A DNA stretch of 24,693 nt from a virus (IMGVR_UViG_3300018080_000572:1-24693); one strand, 5' to 3'; numbered from the stretch's first letter, positions 1-9,398 are shown. Numbers and translations are program-made. Notes: a model not told the origin generated them from the sequence alone.

Positions 1-2
1 AA

Positions 3-1220
3 ATAAGAATAGAAGATAAAAACTACTTCAAACAGCAAACATCATCAGTTTCTTTTGACAATGTAAACGACCTATCACAGGCATTAGCAACTGAAACATT
101 ATTTGCTAAAGTGACATTCGGTAGCGCAAAAGTGTCAAGTGATTTTGATTACCTGCAAGACATAAGGTTTAACTCTTTTGCCAACGAGGAATACCATTTA
201 GGCGGTCAATGTAACACCGATACAGAATTAAAACTAGACCTAAACGCAATAATAACAGACACAAACATTATACAGGATGTTTTGCCATCAGGTTCAATGG
301 GCGGCTCAGGTAATGACAATTACGATGATGATGTTTTAATCATACACTGTAATTCGTCAAACGAAGTTCAGCTAACAGAAAAGCCAGCAATACCTACTGA
401 TTTTTACTACAATGATAGGTTCGTAAATAAAAACGTTGCCCTACGTTGGCTAGGTCAAATACCCCAATCAATCTATGCCTTTTTAGGCGAAGGAAACGAT
501 GGTTGTTTTATAAATTCGCCAAATAGCTTTAGTGGTGTAACTATTCTACAAGGCTATCAAGGAACACAGGAAACGCCATTACCTTGGAATGACGTGAACA
601 GCAACTATCAGGTGGCTACTAGGTGGTTTCCGATACAAGGGTATACAAATCAATACATAATAGACAATGAAGGAACACCGCAGGCTGGGGGTGTTATATT
701 TAACAACCAACATACAATAGGTATTTACACAGCACCCGCAAACGATGTTTATTCCTTTGAAATAGACGTTAGAAGTACTTTGAACTCAATAGGTTTTTTT
801 GGTAAAATGATTGCAAATTCTGTTTCAGGCGGTTGGGGGTGTGTGTTTATTAATGGTGTTTTAGAGGGTGGTGGAGTTTACAGGTATCAGGGCGGTGCAA
901 CTTTCTACTTAAACGCTGGCGAATACGTTGGTTTTAGTTTAAACAATGGTCTTTATGAATATGAATCTGGGTCTACATTTAAGGTTTACGACCCTTTAGG
1001 TGGTGTTTGGCAAACCTATGATGCTGCAAGCGTTTACAACATAGAAAATCAGACCACTTACCCAATACCTATTGACGATTGGAAAACAATTAAATCAGCG
1101 CCTTATCAAGCAATGGGACTTAATTATAATGGCGGCTCAACCTTGGGTTGGCTAAAGGACATTAGCAGAAACCTAAAAACAGGTAATGCAGAATTAACAT
1201 TACTAGGACAAAATGGCTAA
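3..1220 (+). CDS. Phage tail/baseplate structural protein, 5'-truncated by the window edge
   Basis: The frame is open from position 3 (IRIEDKNYF...), upstream of the listed GTG at 111. The protein is acidic and rich in beta/Gly/Asn/aromatic residues, and overlaps the next structural gene. Confidence 0.6.
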   Translation: MRIEDKNYFKQQTSSVSFDNVNDLSQALATETLFAKVTFGSAKVSSDFDYLQDIRFNSFANEEYHLGGQCNTDTELKLDLNAIITDTNIIQDVLPSGSMGGSGNDNYDDDVLIIHCNSSNEVQLTEKPAIPTDFYYNDRFVNKNVALRWLGQIPQSIYAFLGEGNDGCFINSPNSFSGVTILQGYQGTQETPLPWNDVNSNYQVATRWFPIQGYTNQYIIDNEGTPQAGGVIFNNQHTIGIYTAPANDVYSFEIDVRSTLNSIGFFGKMIANSVSGGWGCVFINGVLEGGGVYRYQGGATFYLNAGEYVGFSLNNGLYEYESGSTFKVYDPLGGVWQTYDAASVYNIENQTTYPIPIDDWKTIKSAPYQAMGLNYNGGSTLGWLKDISRNLKTGNAELTLLGQNG

Positions 1221-2787
1221 CACGATACCAAATCAACCGATAGTATTTGACCAAGATGAAAACTGCTGGTTAGAAGATTCAGGAATAAAAGTTCTAGCTG
1301 AACACGGGGACATTACGCAGTTTCAAATGAAGTTAAACCCTTGCGGTTCTGATTTCAATTTGATACAGAACGGCAACTTTCTATTAACCTCAGGGATGGT
1401 AGGTAGTTTTTGGGAACGAAATTCAAACTATTGGTTTATTCAAGATGGTGAGGCTAGAAAGGTTCAAGGGCTGAGTGGGTCGTTTTATCAAGAAGCTCCA
1501 GCGTCTCAGGGAACTTTGGCACGATTAACTTTTGACATTGTAATAGGACAGGGTGAAATTCAGGCGGGGTGGTCAAGCACCGCGGTAACAATTACTGAAA
1601 GTGGTTCGTATGAGTTTTGGATAGAAGCGGTTGCGGGCACAAACTTGGTTCTTTTCTTTGGTGATGCGTCCTCTGTTGCTACATTAACAAACGTACAGTT
1701 AATATCTGTAAATGATGACTTTCTAGTCAACATAGTTGACGAATCAGGCGTTGTTGTTGATTCACTTGAAAAGGCTGACGGTTACTTTGACATTTCAGAA
1801 GGTTACTTTACTTGCTCAATAGATTGGGAGGCTCTTTCTATACCCGATGGGTGCTACACATTAGAGGTAATTGACCCCTGCGATTGTGCTAAACGCGGAA
1901 TAAACGCATTGGATTTTAAAGCCTCAACATTTGTTTGGGATTTGGAATCGGGCTGGACTATTGATTCGGGTTCTGCTGATTTCAGTAGTTCTGTTGATGC
2001 TTTGGCTCAGTTATACCATGTGGTCTGTACAAACCAAAGGTATGAGGTAACTTACACGCTTTCAGGCATGTCTGTTGGCGAACAGTTCAAGGTTTTTCTA
2101 GGGTTAAATGGTGGTACAGTAAGGGGAATTGACGGCACTTACACGGACACTATTGACGCGGCTGGGGATGACTTAGTTTTAAGCGCAACAGCATCAGGTG
2201 CTTCATCTTTTTCGGTAACTGATTTTTCAATTGTAGCGGTTGACCCTGAGCCAACTTACATTAGTAACACAATAAAAGTATCGGAGTCTTTCAATTGCAC
2301 GACATTAGCATTGGCAATGTGTAACGATTCGGACGCTTTCGGGTTCGGTTTTGAAAACACGGGATTTCGCCCGTTAATGCGCATACCAGCAAGTTTAAAC
2401 CGTTCTAGTTATCCGATGGAGCGTCTAGCGTATGAAAACTCAGTAGGTCGCAAATACACGTACTACGGAAGGTCAAGAAAGGCGCGTGAGTTAGGTTTTG
2501 ACGGTTTAGAATTTATGCACGACTTCGCGCATCTGTGGGGCATGGCTGACCACTTTTACATTGATGACACGGAGTATGTTGTCGAAGAGGATGAATACCC
2601 GTCAATAAGTTGGGCTGATAACGATGATGTTGGCGGTGTAACACTTATAGTCAGCGAAAAAATTCAACTAATTGAAAACAGAAGATTGTCAAGTGCTTCG
2701 GTCGGATGTGTACCCGAAGGCACTTCTATAACAGACAATAACGGCACAGTAATCGTGGATTCAGAAGATACAAGTTTAACAGGATAA
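1213..2787 (+). CDS. Tail structural protein with probable inserted carbohydrate-binding (jelly-roll) modules
   Basis: 524 aa and acidic. LIQNGNF...W-type segments resemble CBM insertions. Lies in the tail gene block. Confidence 0.5.
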   Translation: MANTIPNQPIVFDQDENCWLEDSGIKVLAEHGDITQFQMKLNPCGSDFNLIQNGNFLLTSGMVGSFWERNSNYWFIQDGEARKVQGLSGSFYQEAPASQGTLARLTFDIVIGQGEIQAGWSSTAVTITESGSYEFWIEAVAGTNLVLFFGDASSVATLTNVQLISVNDDFLVNIVDESGVVVDSLEKADGYFDISEGYFTCSIDWEALSIPDGCYTLEVIDPCDCAKRGINALDFKASTFVWDLESGWTIDSGSADFSSSVDALAQLYHVVCTNQRYEVTYTLSGMSVGEQFKVFLGLNGGTVRGIDGTYTDTIDAAGDDLVLSATASGASSFSVTDFSIVAVDPEPTYISNTIKVSESFNCTTLALAMCNDSDAFGFGFENTGFRPLMRIPASLNRSSYPMERLAYENSVGRKYTYYGRSRKARELGFDGLEFMHDFAHLWGMADHFYIDDTEYVVEEDEYPSISWADNDDVGGVTLIVSEKIQLIENRRLSSASVGCVPEGTSITDNNGTVIVDSEDTSLTG

Positions 2788-2797
2788 AAACAAAAAA

Positions 2798-3334
2798 ATG
2801 ACATTACCAAGACAAAGATTTACCCAATACCCAGCGGCATCGGTAGATGATTACGCAGATGCAACTACGTTTTTGATAGCAAATCCGCAAGGCACGATTA
2901 AACAAGCGACACTTGAAAAAATGAGGGAACTTTATTTGGGAGACATAAGACCAGCTACATTAACAGTTACAAGTGCGCAAGTGTTGGCACTTCATTCAAC
3001 GCCTCAAACAGTTGTTTCGGCTTTGGGTGCTGGCAAAGGTATAAAAGTGATAAGCGCAAGCGTTAAAATAGATAACCCTTCGGCTGCTTATGCTACAAAC
3101 GTAGCTTTAGCGTTGCAATGTAACGGAGCTGCGGAAGCTCAATTTGTAAGTAATACTGCTTTAAACGCAAGCGTAACGTCAACAAGGCTTATGACTGCTG
3201 ATACTACATTTGCGGCAACAGACACGCAAATAATTGCAAACGCAGCTTTAGAAGTTTTTGTTCCGAGTGGTGACCCAACAGGCGGTGATGCCGACATTGA
3301 AATTCACGTGCTTTATCAAGTTATTGATGTATAA
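2798..3334 (+). CDS. Putative virion structural/decoration protein
   Basis: 178 aa, Ala/Thr/Val-rich beta protein in a structural operon, with an A-rich leader. Confidence 0.45.
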   Translation: MTLPRQRFTQYPAASVDDYADATTFLIANPQGTIKQATLEKMRELYLGDIRPATLTVTSAQVLALHSTPQTVVSALGAGKGIKVISASVKIDNPSAAYATNVALALQCNGAAEAQFVSNTALNASVTSTRLMTADTTFAATDTQIIANAALEVFVPSGDPTGGDADIEIHVLYQVIDV

Positions 3335-4184
3335 AGCGTTAAGTACCATTCACGACAAGTACGGGAATACAGTTAAAGCAGGTTCATTAGTTGACCCTGC
3401 TAACCTTACTGAATCGCACTTGTTCAAGATGGTTCAACGCGGTTGTTTGGTCAGCGCAACCGAACAAGAACCGATTGAATACAACGGCAAAATAAAACCA
3501 TGTATAGTAACGGGTATGTGGAAAAGACCCGAAGTGTTCAAGATATTCGGGCAACATTACAAAGAGTTAGGCATTGACGTAATCGTTGCAGGTAGCAAGG
3601 GCAACAAGTCTAAACAGCTTGCAGAATCATTCGGTTTCATCTATTTAGAGCGTCCTAATCAACCTTTAGCCGATAAGATGAACGCTACCATTACCGAAGG
3701 GCTGAAACGCGGTTACACGCACTTTATATGCGTTGGTAGTGACGACCTATTAACTAAAGATTTAGTTGATGAGTATATCAGGCTGATTCGTTCAGGGTAT
3801 CATTTTATCGGTGTACTCGATTTCTACTTTTACGAACTTAAAACAGGCAAAGCAAGTTATTGGGGTGGTTACAGAGATAGAAAACGCTTCGGGAATACTT
3901 GCGGTGCTGGTCGTGTACTTAGTCGCAAATTAGTTGAATCTTGGAACGGCAAAGTTTGGGAGGGTGAACGCTATTTAGACAGTTCAATGCAGCAAAGGTT
4001 AGCAACGTCCGATTTACCTAAATACGTATTTAAGCTAAAGGATAAGGGCTTATTAGCGGTTGACATCAAATCGGAAACAAACCTAACACCATTCTCATTG
4101 TGGGGGAATAGTTCGTATATTGACGGGCAAATTTTAGAAGATGAGTTTTGCCTTAAAAGAGATAGAAGATTGTGCGGAATATAG
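3327..4184 (+). CDS. GT-A fold glycosyltransferase with a short N-terminal extra domain
   Basis: ATG at 3327 overlaps the previous stop. Motifs NQPLADKMN, HFICVGSDDLL (DxD-like), CGAGR and YLDSSM. Confidence 0.7.
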   Translation: MYKALSTIHDKYGNTVKAGSLVDPANLTESHLFKMVQRGCLVSATEQEPIEYNGKIKPCIVTGMWKRPEVFKIFGQHYKELGIDVIVAGSKGNKSKQLAESFGFIYLERPNQPLADKMNATITEGLKRGYTHFICVGSDDLLTKDLVDEYIRLIRSGYHFIGVLDFYFYELKTGKASYWGGYRDRKRFGNTCGAGRVLSRKLVESWNGKVWEGERYLDSSMQQRLATSDLPKYVFKLKDKGLLAVDIKSETNLTPFSLWGNSSYIDGQILEDEFCLKRDRRLCGI

Positions 4185-4371
4185 AGGTGTTTCTGTTTGC
4201 TTATTCGGAACGGTTGATAATTGGCGAGAAGTAGCAAAAGAAAACAATCTTATAGCCGAAAATCAATCTGAACTATTAGCGTGGTGGGTGTACCATAACA
4301 AACCGATTGACGTATTCAAAGGAAACTATTTAATCTTACATGATGAACCTATACCACACAGATTGGATTGA
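4141..4371 (+). CDS. Hypothetical protein
   Basis: 76 aa ORF overlapping both neighbours; no motif recognised. Confidence 0.45.
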   Translation: MSFALKEIEDCAEYRGVSVCLFGTVDNWREVAKENNLIAENQSELLAWWVYHNKPIDVFKGNYLILHDEPIPHRLD

Positions 4372-4849
4372 GATAGATGGTAACCACATCCATCCAACGG
4401 CTATTATTTACCCTAACGTAAAACTAGGAAAGGGTAACTGGATTGGTGCTTATACGGTAATAGGCTCAAACGGTGAGATTAGAAATAAGAATCAACGCGA
4501 CTTCAAAGGAAACGTTACAATAGGCAACAACAACGTTATTTCAGAACACGTAACTATTCAACGTCCTTTCGATTTCAAAACTACGTACATTGGAGACAAT
4601 AACATTATCATGGCTCATTCTCACATTGGGCATGATGCTAAGATTATGAATGACTGCGAAATCTGCACAGGCGTTATTATTGGCGGTCATTGCGTTATTG
4701 AAAGCGGTGTTAAAATCAAACTTGGTTGCACCGTTCGTAACCGTATCAAAGTAGGTTCTAACGCTTTGATTGGTTTGGGTTCAGCAGTAGTTAAGGACGT
4801 TGAAAATAACACTACTGTTTACGGCAATCCTGCAAAACCTAAAAACTAA
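4340..4849 (+). CDS. Left-handed beta-helix (hexapeptide repeat) acetyl/acyltransferase, LpxA/PglD-like
   Basis: IHPTAII, repeated [IV]G-x-x hexapeptides, HIGHD, and C-terminal VVKDV...VYGNPAK. Confidence 0.9.
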   Translation: MMNLYHTDWIEIDGNHIHPTAIIYPNVKLGKGNWIGAYTVIGSNGEIRNKNQRDFKGNVTIGNNNVISEHVTIQRPFDFKTTYIGDNNIIMAHSHIGHDAKIMNDCEICTGVIIGGHCVIESGVKIKLGCTVRNRIKVGSNALIGLGSAVVKDVENNTTVYGNPAKPKN

Positions 4850-4860
4850 CTTCTTTTTCG

Positions 4861-4868
4861 TAACTTTG
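4861..4868 (+). promoter_or_regulatory. Bacteroidota sigma70-type -7 promoter box
   Basis: TAACTTTG matches TAnnTTTG and lies about 70 nt upstream of the 4941 ATG. Confidence 0.65.
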
Positions 4869-4881
4869 TAGCAACCGCAAA

Positions 4882-4938
4882 ACGAGGCTAATTACTCAAA
4901 GCCTGCATAGTTGAGTAGATAATATCTAAATTACTCAA
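4882..4938 (+). promoter_or_regulatory. 5' UTR H-type pseudoknot, copy 1
   Basis: Stem 1 AGGCT(4885-4889)/AGCCT(4900-4904); stem 2 TACTCAA(4893-4899)/TTGAGTA(4911-4917). The same architecture occurs at 12887-12917. Confidence 0.7.
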
Positions 4939-4940
4939 TC

Positions 4941-5489
4941 ATGGCTAATTGTTCAAGCTATAATTGCGACCCATTAGACCCACAGGTACGTAATGATTGT
5001 GGAGACCTTTTGAACGGTTCAGGTGCTGAGGTAGTTGTTTTCCAATGTGGAAACGTGCCAACAGATCCAACGGACGGTACAGAGGTCAATAACCTCATTA
5101 CGGCTGGAACGGCTGTCCTTTTTAAGGAAATAATGGTTGAATTGCCCGAAGGTTCTGCGGTAGAGGGTGCGAGTTACGTTGCAGGTGGTCAGACACGAGT
5201 TAGCACTTACGAGAGAAGTGTAACGTGGACTGATGCTAACGTTAACGAGTACTCACACGTGGCTTACGATTCGGTTGACTTCGCAAGTGGTCAGTCAATA
5301 GGTGCAATTCTAATCAAACTATACGAAGAAGATTATTGTTTATACATAACGCCAAACGTTGCTGGCATTGCTTTTAAAGGAACTATGACGGGTTCTGACA
5401 CCGAAGCATTGCGTTACGTTTATACGGCAAATTGGAAGAACAAATTAAATCCGCGTGTAGTTGCCGAGCCTGCTGGTGTATTCAGCTAA
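4941..5489 (+). CDS. Putative major tail (tube) protein
   Basis: 182 aa, acidic and beta-rich. It has its own promoter and terminator and shares a leader motif with the major capsid gene, consistent with a high-copy virion protein. Confidence 0.6.
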   Translation: MANCSSYNCDPLDPQVRNDCGDLLNGSGAEVVVFQCGNVPTDPTDGTEVNNLITAGTAVLFKEIMVELPEGSAVEGASYVAGGQTRVSTYERSVTWTDANVNEYSHVAYDSVDFASGQSIGAILIKLYEEDYCLYITPNVAGIAFKGTMTGSDTEALRYVYTANWKNKLNPRVVAEPAGVFS

Positions 5490-5508
5490 TAGGTAGCAAA
5501 AGAAAAAG

Positions 5509-5546
5509 AAGCCCCGTTCCTTTGTTGGTTCGGGGTTTTTTGTTTT
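5509..5546 (+). terminator. Intrinsic terminator
   Basis: AAGCCCCG...CGGGGTT followed by a T-rich tract; the upstream A-rich tract suggests it is bidirectional. Confidence 0.8.
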
Positions 5547-5556
5547 ACTTTGGGTT

Positions 5557-5712
5557 ATGAAATACATAGTAGCTGTTTTATTTGCAATACTTACTTTTTT
5601 TGCATGCCAAAATTTTGGCATTGATGGATTTATGAGAGGATTAATTTTTGCATGTTCTTTTTATTTTGGAAGGGATTTAGTTGTTTTTTTATCACAACAG
5701 AATGAAAACTAA
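5557..5712 (+). CDS. Small membrane protein or lipoprotein (51 aa, not in ORF track)
   Basis: MKYIVAVLFAILTFFACQNFGIDGFMRGLIFACSFYFGRDLVVFLSQQNEN; hydrophobic N-terminus with FFAC; stop overlaps the next gene. Confidence 0.5.
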   Translation: MKYIVAVLFAILTFFACQNFGIDGFMRGLIFACSFYFGRDLVVFLSQQNEN

Positions 5713-6346
5713 AATAGGCATACGTTGGTTTCCCCGCAAGGTCGAAACATTCCACCAGATGCAACATTCAATCGGTCATAAAGACTGTATTGTTTACCCT
5801 GATGGTCTTGAGTTTTCGCATAGAACAGACTTTGAAGTTCGTATGCTTGGAGATAACGTAGGGTGTTTCAAACACTATTACAGAACGCTTGAAGATTTGC
5901 TAAAAACGGACGCTGAAATAATAGGTTCGTTTCCTGATGACATTATCTTCAAAGATGGGTGGTTATCAATAGCACACCAACAGTTCCGTAAAAACCCGTA
6001 CATCGGCTATTTAGCGTGTTTCACGCCTAGAGGTATATTGGGTATTCAAAGGCAAATTACAGGTCGTAAAGGATGGCACGAGATAAAAGGCGGCTGGGCT
6101 ACATCTTGGGGCGGTGGTTATCTTTATAGGCGCGAAGTATTGGAGCAGATACTCAAACACCCTTACATCATTGAACATAGGGATAGCTACGAAAAGAATC
6201 AGCAAATTGACCATGCAATACCCGAAGTGATTCACAGAATGGGTTACTTGCAATTTGTTCACAATCCAAGTCTGATGAAACACATCGGGAAGTTCAGTAC
6301 TATTGGTCATTCTCACCGCAAAATTGACGATGCTCTAAATTGGTAA
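5702..6346 (+). CDS. GT-A fold glycosyltransferase
   Basis: ATG 5702. Motifs NVGCFKHY, FPDDI, GGGYLYRRE, QQID and PSLMKHIG, typical of GT2/GT25-like enzymes. Confidence 0.7.
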   Translation: MKTKIGIRWFPRKVETFHQMQHSIGHKDCIVYPDGLEFSHRTDFEVRMLGDNVGCFKHYYRTLEDLLKTDAEIIGSFPDDIIFKDGWLSIAHQQFRKNPYIGYLACFTPRGILGIQRQITGRKGWHEIKGGWATSWGGGYLYRREVLEQILKHPYIIEHRDSYEKNQQIDHAIPEVIHRMGYLQFVHNPSLMKHIGKFSTIGHSHRKIDDALNW

Positions 6347-6347
6347 A

Positions 6348-6650
6348 ATGTCAGAGCAAATATTTAAATACAAAAGACTAACTGATTTCGAGAAACTTCT
6401 ATTTACAGAACGTGAATTGCGTTTAGTTAAAGAAGAATTGAAAAAGAAGAATGTTGAAATAGGAATGCTAAAATCTGAAATCGAAGAGTTTCAAGATGCT
6501 GGATTTAAAAAAGGCATTTTAGACATTCAAAAGAAATATACCAAAAGACTAAAGCCTTCTGCCGTGTTATTTGCGGCACAAAAGATAAAAGATAAAAACG
6601 ATAATTACACAACTTTGAGTGAGTTGTTTAAAAATACACCGAACTGGTAG
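6348..6650 (+). CDS. Hypothetical coiled-coil protein
   Basis: 100 aa, Lys/Glu-rich, starts 1 nt after the previous stop. Confidence 0.55.
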   Translation: MSEQIFKYKRLTDFEKLLFTERELRLVKEELKKKNVEIGMLKSEIEEFQDAGFKKGILDIQKKYTKRLKPSAVLFAAQKIKDKNDNYTTLSELFKNTPNW

Positions 6651-6700
6651 AGCAATGTAAACACAACAACAGTTGATAAATCAAAAATCATAAACTACAA

Positions 6701-6859
6701 ATGAAAAAAATTTACAATGGGTTTGAAAAGTGGATTAAATCAAAATCCATTTTAGAGAATGTGTTTCTTAAATTAACCGTAAGCAACAACATTATTTTTT
6801 TTATAGTGATATTGTTAATACTTAAACTTTTTTGGTTTATTATAAACACATTTAACTAA
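6701..6859 (+). CDS. Small membrane protein (52 aa, not in ORF track)
   Basis: MKKIYNGFEKW...NNIIFFIVILLILKLFWFIINTFN, with a C-terminal hydrophobic helix and an A-rich leader. Confidence 0.45.
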   Translation: MKKIYNGFEKWIKSKSILENVFLKLTVSNNIIFFIVILLILKLFWFIINTFN

Positions 6860-6895
6860 ATCTTTAGTTTCGTAACTAAGTAATTAGTTTTTGCG

Positions 6896-6903
6896 TATAT
6901 TTG
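6896..6903 (+). promoter_or_regulatory. Bacteroidota -7 promoter box, probably giving a near-leaderless mRNA
   Basis: TATATTTG ends 5 nt before ATG 6909. Confidence 0.55.
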
Positions 6904-6908
6904 ACGCA

Positions 6909-7790
6909 ATGAATGTTGTTTTAGCAGCCTTCGGCAAACACGGTTATTACTTTGCAGCTTATAACCTAGCCTTTACAATTAAGCATTACGACCCTGATGC
7001 TAAGATTCTATTGATACACGATAGGAACTTAGGCAAAAGGAATCTTACACCTGATGAAATAAAGGTTTTTGACAAGCTGCATGAAGTTGATGAAGCCACA
7101 ACGCACCCGAAAGGTATGTTTGATGCTGGCAACGTTAAGTTGAACGTTTACAAGATTGCCACAAAGTATTTCAGAGAATACCTATTCTTAGACGTTGATG
7201 CAATTGCGTTAAAGTCATTGCGCCAATGGTACGAAGATTGTCAAGCAAGCGATAAGGACTTTCTAACAGATGTCAGGGGTTCAGGTGGTATTGACGACAC
7301 TATTAACTATTCTGTTTGGGCTTCTAATGCTGACATTTGGGAGGAGTTCGGATTGAATGATTCTGATGTTTGGCGGGCTATTCAATCTTCTTGGCACTAT
7401 GCTAAAAGGACAAAGGAAAACACGGCACTATTTAAAGATGCTTGTAAGCTCAATTTAGAGACTTTCACTGACAAAACTAAGCTACTTATCAAATGGGGTA
7501 AGTCATTGCCTGACGAGCTTGTTTTAGGCGGTGCAATAGCCCGTAAACAAATAAACCCTTCATTTGCTTACGAACCTATCTTTTTTCCGAATAAGCACAA
7601 GCCTTTGCAAGAGGTCAAAGAGAAGTATTACATCTTGTCAATGTTTGGAAATGGTAGGGGTGCAACGATGGTCAAGGTTGACTTCAAAGAGTTTTACGAT
7701 AGGTACTTACTCAAAGAAATATTTAAACCAAAAGGAATGAATCACAAGTACAAGAACGCATTTGTTATGCGTGACAAAATGATAGGATAA
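6909..7790 (+). CDS. GT-A fold glycosyltransferase (GT8/mannosyltransferase-like)
   Basis: ATG 6909. N-terminal beta-alpha (VVLAAFG...AYNLAFTIK), YLFLDVDAI (DxD) and PDE motif. Confidence 0.75.
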   Translation: MNVVLAAFGKHGYYFAAYNLAFTIKHYDPDAKILLIHDRNLGKRNLTPDEIKVFDKLHEVDEATTHPKGMFDAGNVKLNVYKIATKYFREYLFLDVDAIALKSLRQWYEDCQASDKDFLTDVRGSGGIDDTINYSVWASNADIWEEFGLNDSDVWRAIQSSWHYAKRTKENTALFKDACKLNLETFTDKTKLLIKWGKSLPDELVLGGAIARKQINPSFAYEPIFFPNKHKPLQEVKEKYYILSMFGNGRGATMVKVDFKEFYDRYLLKEIFKPKGMNHKYKNAFVMRDKMIG

Positions 7791-7791
7791 A

Positions 7792-8211
7792 ATGGCACTA
7801 ACAGACAAAGTAGAAATCGTATTTTCAAGTACGGGGCGAAGAAGAAAAGTCCTAATATCTTGGCTATTGAGTGAATCGGCAATTTTTGCAATGGAAGCAA
7901 ACGAGTTCATCATTACAGACACTTCGATTAAGAACAAGGTCAATGGGGAAACGTTTATGGGGCAACCTATTAAACCTCAGTTAATAATGCGTTACCCGTA
8001 CCTTCGGACAATCTTTGCCGAGCCTGTTGAAGATGAATTAGAGGACGCTGAAGAAACGGTATTGGAAGAAATTCTAAACGAACCAACCGAACTTTCAGAA
8101 CTAAGCGTTGAACAGCTTAAATCAATCTGTGATGAACGCGAAATCGAATACGATGGACGTAAAAGAAAAATAGAATACTTTATTGAATTAATCGAACAAA
8201 ATGGAAATTAA
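7792..8211 (+). CDS. Acidic protein with C-terminal helix-extension-helix (SAP/HeH/Rho-N-like) domain
   Basis: LSELSVEQLKSICDEREIEYDGRKRKIEYFIELI pattern. Confidence 0.6.
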   Translation: MALTDKVEIVFSSTGRRRKVLISWLLSESAIFAMEANEFIITDTSIKNKVNGETFMGQPIKPQLIMRYPYLRTIFAEPVEDELEDAEETVLEEILNEPTELSELSVEQLKSICDEREIEYDGRKRKIEYFIELIEQNGN

Positions 8212-9013
8212 AGACATTGCAGGTTACTTAGGAATTGAACTAGGTGAAGATGACAACCTAGACACGTTTAAAAACAAATTCAGTTCTTCATTCATTCGCA
8301 AGGATAGAGCAGCAGAAGATGAAGATGTTGCAAAGGCGGTAATGGGTAAACAGACTCGTGAATACGCTACTGAAATTAAACGTGTAGCAAAGGAAAGCGG
8401 AATCGAATTAAGCGAAGAGGAAAGCAAGCTACCTGTTGCAGACCTTCTAAGGGTTATTCCAACTAAAAAGGATGAGTTCTATACCTCACAGATTGAAAAG
8501 CTAAAAGAAGGGTCTAAAAAGCCGTCAGAACAGGTGCAAGAGTGGGAACAGAAGTTTAACCAACTGAATACAAAGTATGAGGACACGGTTAACTTGTTGA
8601 ACAACACCAAAAGCACGTTGCAAGAAAAAGAACAGGAGTTTGTAACGTTCCAAAAAAACTTCAAAAAGAACGAGGTTGTTAAGGACGTTTGGTCAAAGGC
8701 TAATTCATTTATTAGCGAAACTGCCAGCGACCTAGAGCGAACAGGATTCCAGTCTTACATCAATCAGAATTACACGATTGACCTAGAAGATGACAAGCCA
8801 GTTATTTTGAAAGACGGACATCGTATTCCAGACCCGAATAAAGCAGGTGAGTTCTTAGACCCTGTAACGGCTATCCGAATGGAAGCTGAAAAGAACAAGA
8901 TTCTGAAAGTAACCGATGCGTCAAAGGTTACACCACCGCGTCAAGAAGCACCAAAGAACTTTACTCCCGAAGGTACACGGACAACGGGTCGTAGAGTAGT
9001 ACGTCATAAGTAG
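8201..9013 (+). CDS. Putative capsid scaffolding protein
   Basis: 270 aa, charged with a central coiled coil and a basic low-complexity C-terminus. It is the last core gene before the island that precedes the capsid gene. Confidence 0.6.
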   Translation: MEIKDIAGYLGIELGEDDNLDTFKNKFSSSFIRKDRAAEDEDVAKAVMGKQTREYATEIKRVAKESGIELSEEESKLPVADLLRVIPTKKDEFYTSQIEKLKEGSKKPSEQVQEWEQKFNQLNTKYEDTVNLLNNTKSTLQEKEQEFVTFQKNFKKNEVVKDVWSKANSFISETASDLERTGFQSYINQNYTIDLEDDKPVILKDGHRIPDPNKAGEFLDPVTAIRMEAEKNKILKVTDASKVTPPRQEAPKNFTPEGTRTTGRRVVRHK

Positions 9014-9042
9014 TAGTTTGTTTCTTTTTTTCTGTTGTTTTG

Positions 9043-9073
9043 AAGGGGTTGGCTTTTAGCTTGCCCCTTTTTT
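9043..9073 (+). terminator. Intrinsic terminator
   Basis: AAGGGGT...GCCCCTT followed by a T-run, after the scaffold gene. Confidence 0.75.
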
Positions 9074-9084
9074 GTATATTTACA

Positions 9085-9235
9085 TTTAATAGGAAGCTCG
9101 CCAAAGTATGTGATTGGTACGCTTATAACGGATAGGGAGTTCCCTGTCGGGCGCACTTACCAATCGTTTCTAAACCCTGACACTTAGACCTCAAGTTCCA
9201 CTTGAATCGAATATAGTGTTGGGGTTTTTTATTTT
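9085..9235 (+). ncRNA. Putative small structured RNA ending in a terminator
   Basis: Near-consensus TATATTTA at 9075-9082. Helix GATTGGTA(9112-9119)/TACCAATC(9158-9165) encloses GATAGGG-AGTT-CCCTGTC. Terminator AAACCCTGACACT(9172-9184)/AGTGTTGGGGTTT(9215-9227) followed by Ts. Confidence 0.5.
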
Positions 9236-9263
9236 GTAGTTTCAAAACAAAACGTTAAGTTTG
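9233..9263 (+). promoter_or_regulatory. Bacteroidota -33/-7 promoter driving cassette array A
   Basis: TTTG (9233-9236), 19 nt spacer, TAAGTTTG (9256-9263). Confidence 0.7.
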
Positions 9264-9271
9264 ACTTATAA

Positions 9272-9398
9272 TTACGGTAGGTATATGGTTAGTGCGCCTA
9301 CCACAAAACTTCCTTACTCGCCAATTTGGCGGGATAATGGCGAGATAGAACAAAAGCACCGACCTAACTTGGCGCATTAACTATATACATTGTTGTGT
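9272..9398. mobile_element. attC-like recombination site 1 (left outer box degenerate)
   Basis: 18-bp stem GTATATGGTTAGTGCGCC(9281-9298)/GGCGCATTAACTATATAC(9371-9388) with two G.T pairs, followed by GTTGTGT at 9392. Confidence 0.7.

Noticed and set aside
4882-4917. preQ1-I or SAM-II riboswitch identity for the pseudoknot
   Set aside because: It lacks the conserved ligand-binding nucleotides and A-rich 3' tail I would expect, and the downstream genes are structural.
9112-9165. tRNA gene suggested by GGGAGTTCCC
   Set aside because: No cloverleaf, no TTCGA T-loop, and no acceptor stem or CCA.
9191-9205. Loop TTCCA of the small RNA as an antisense partner of the TGGAGG attenuator loop
   Set aside because: The match is only 5-6 nt and is expected by chance.
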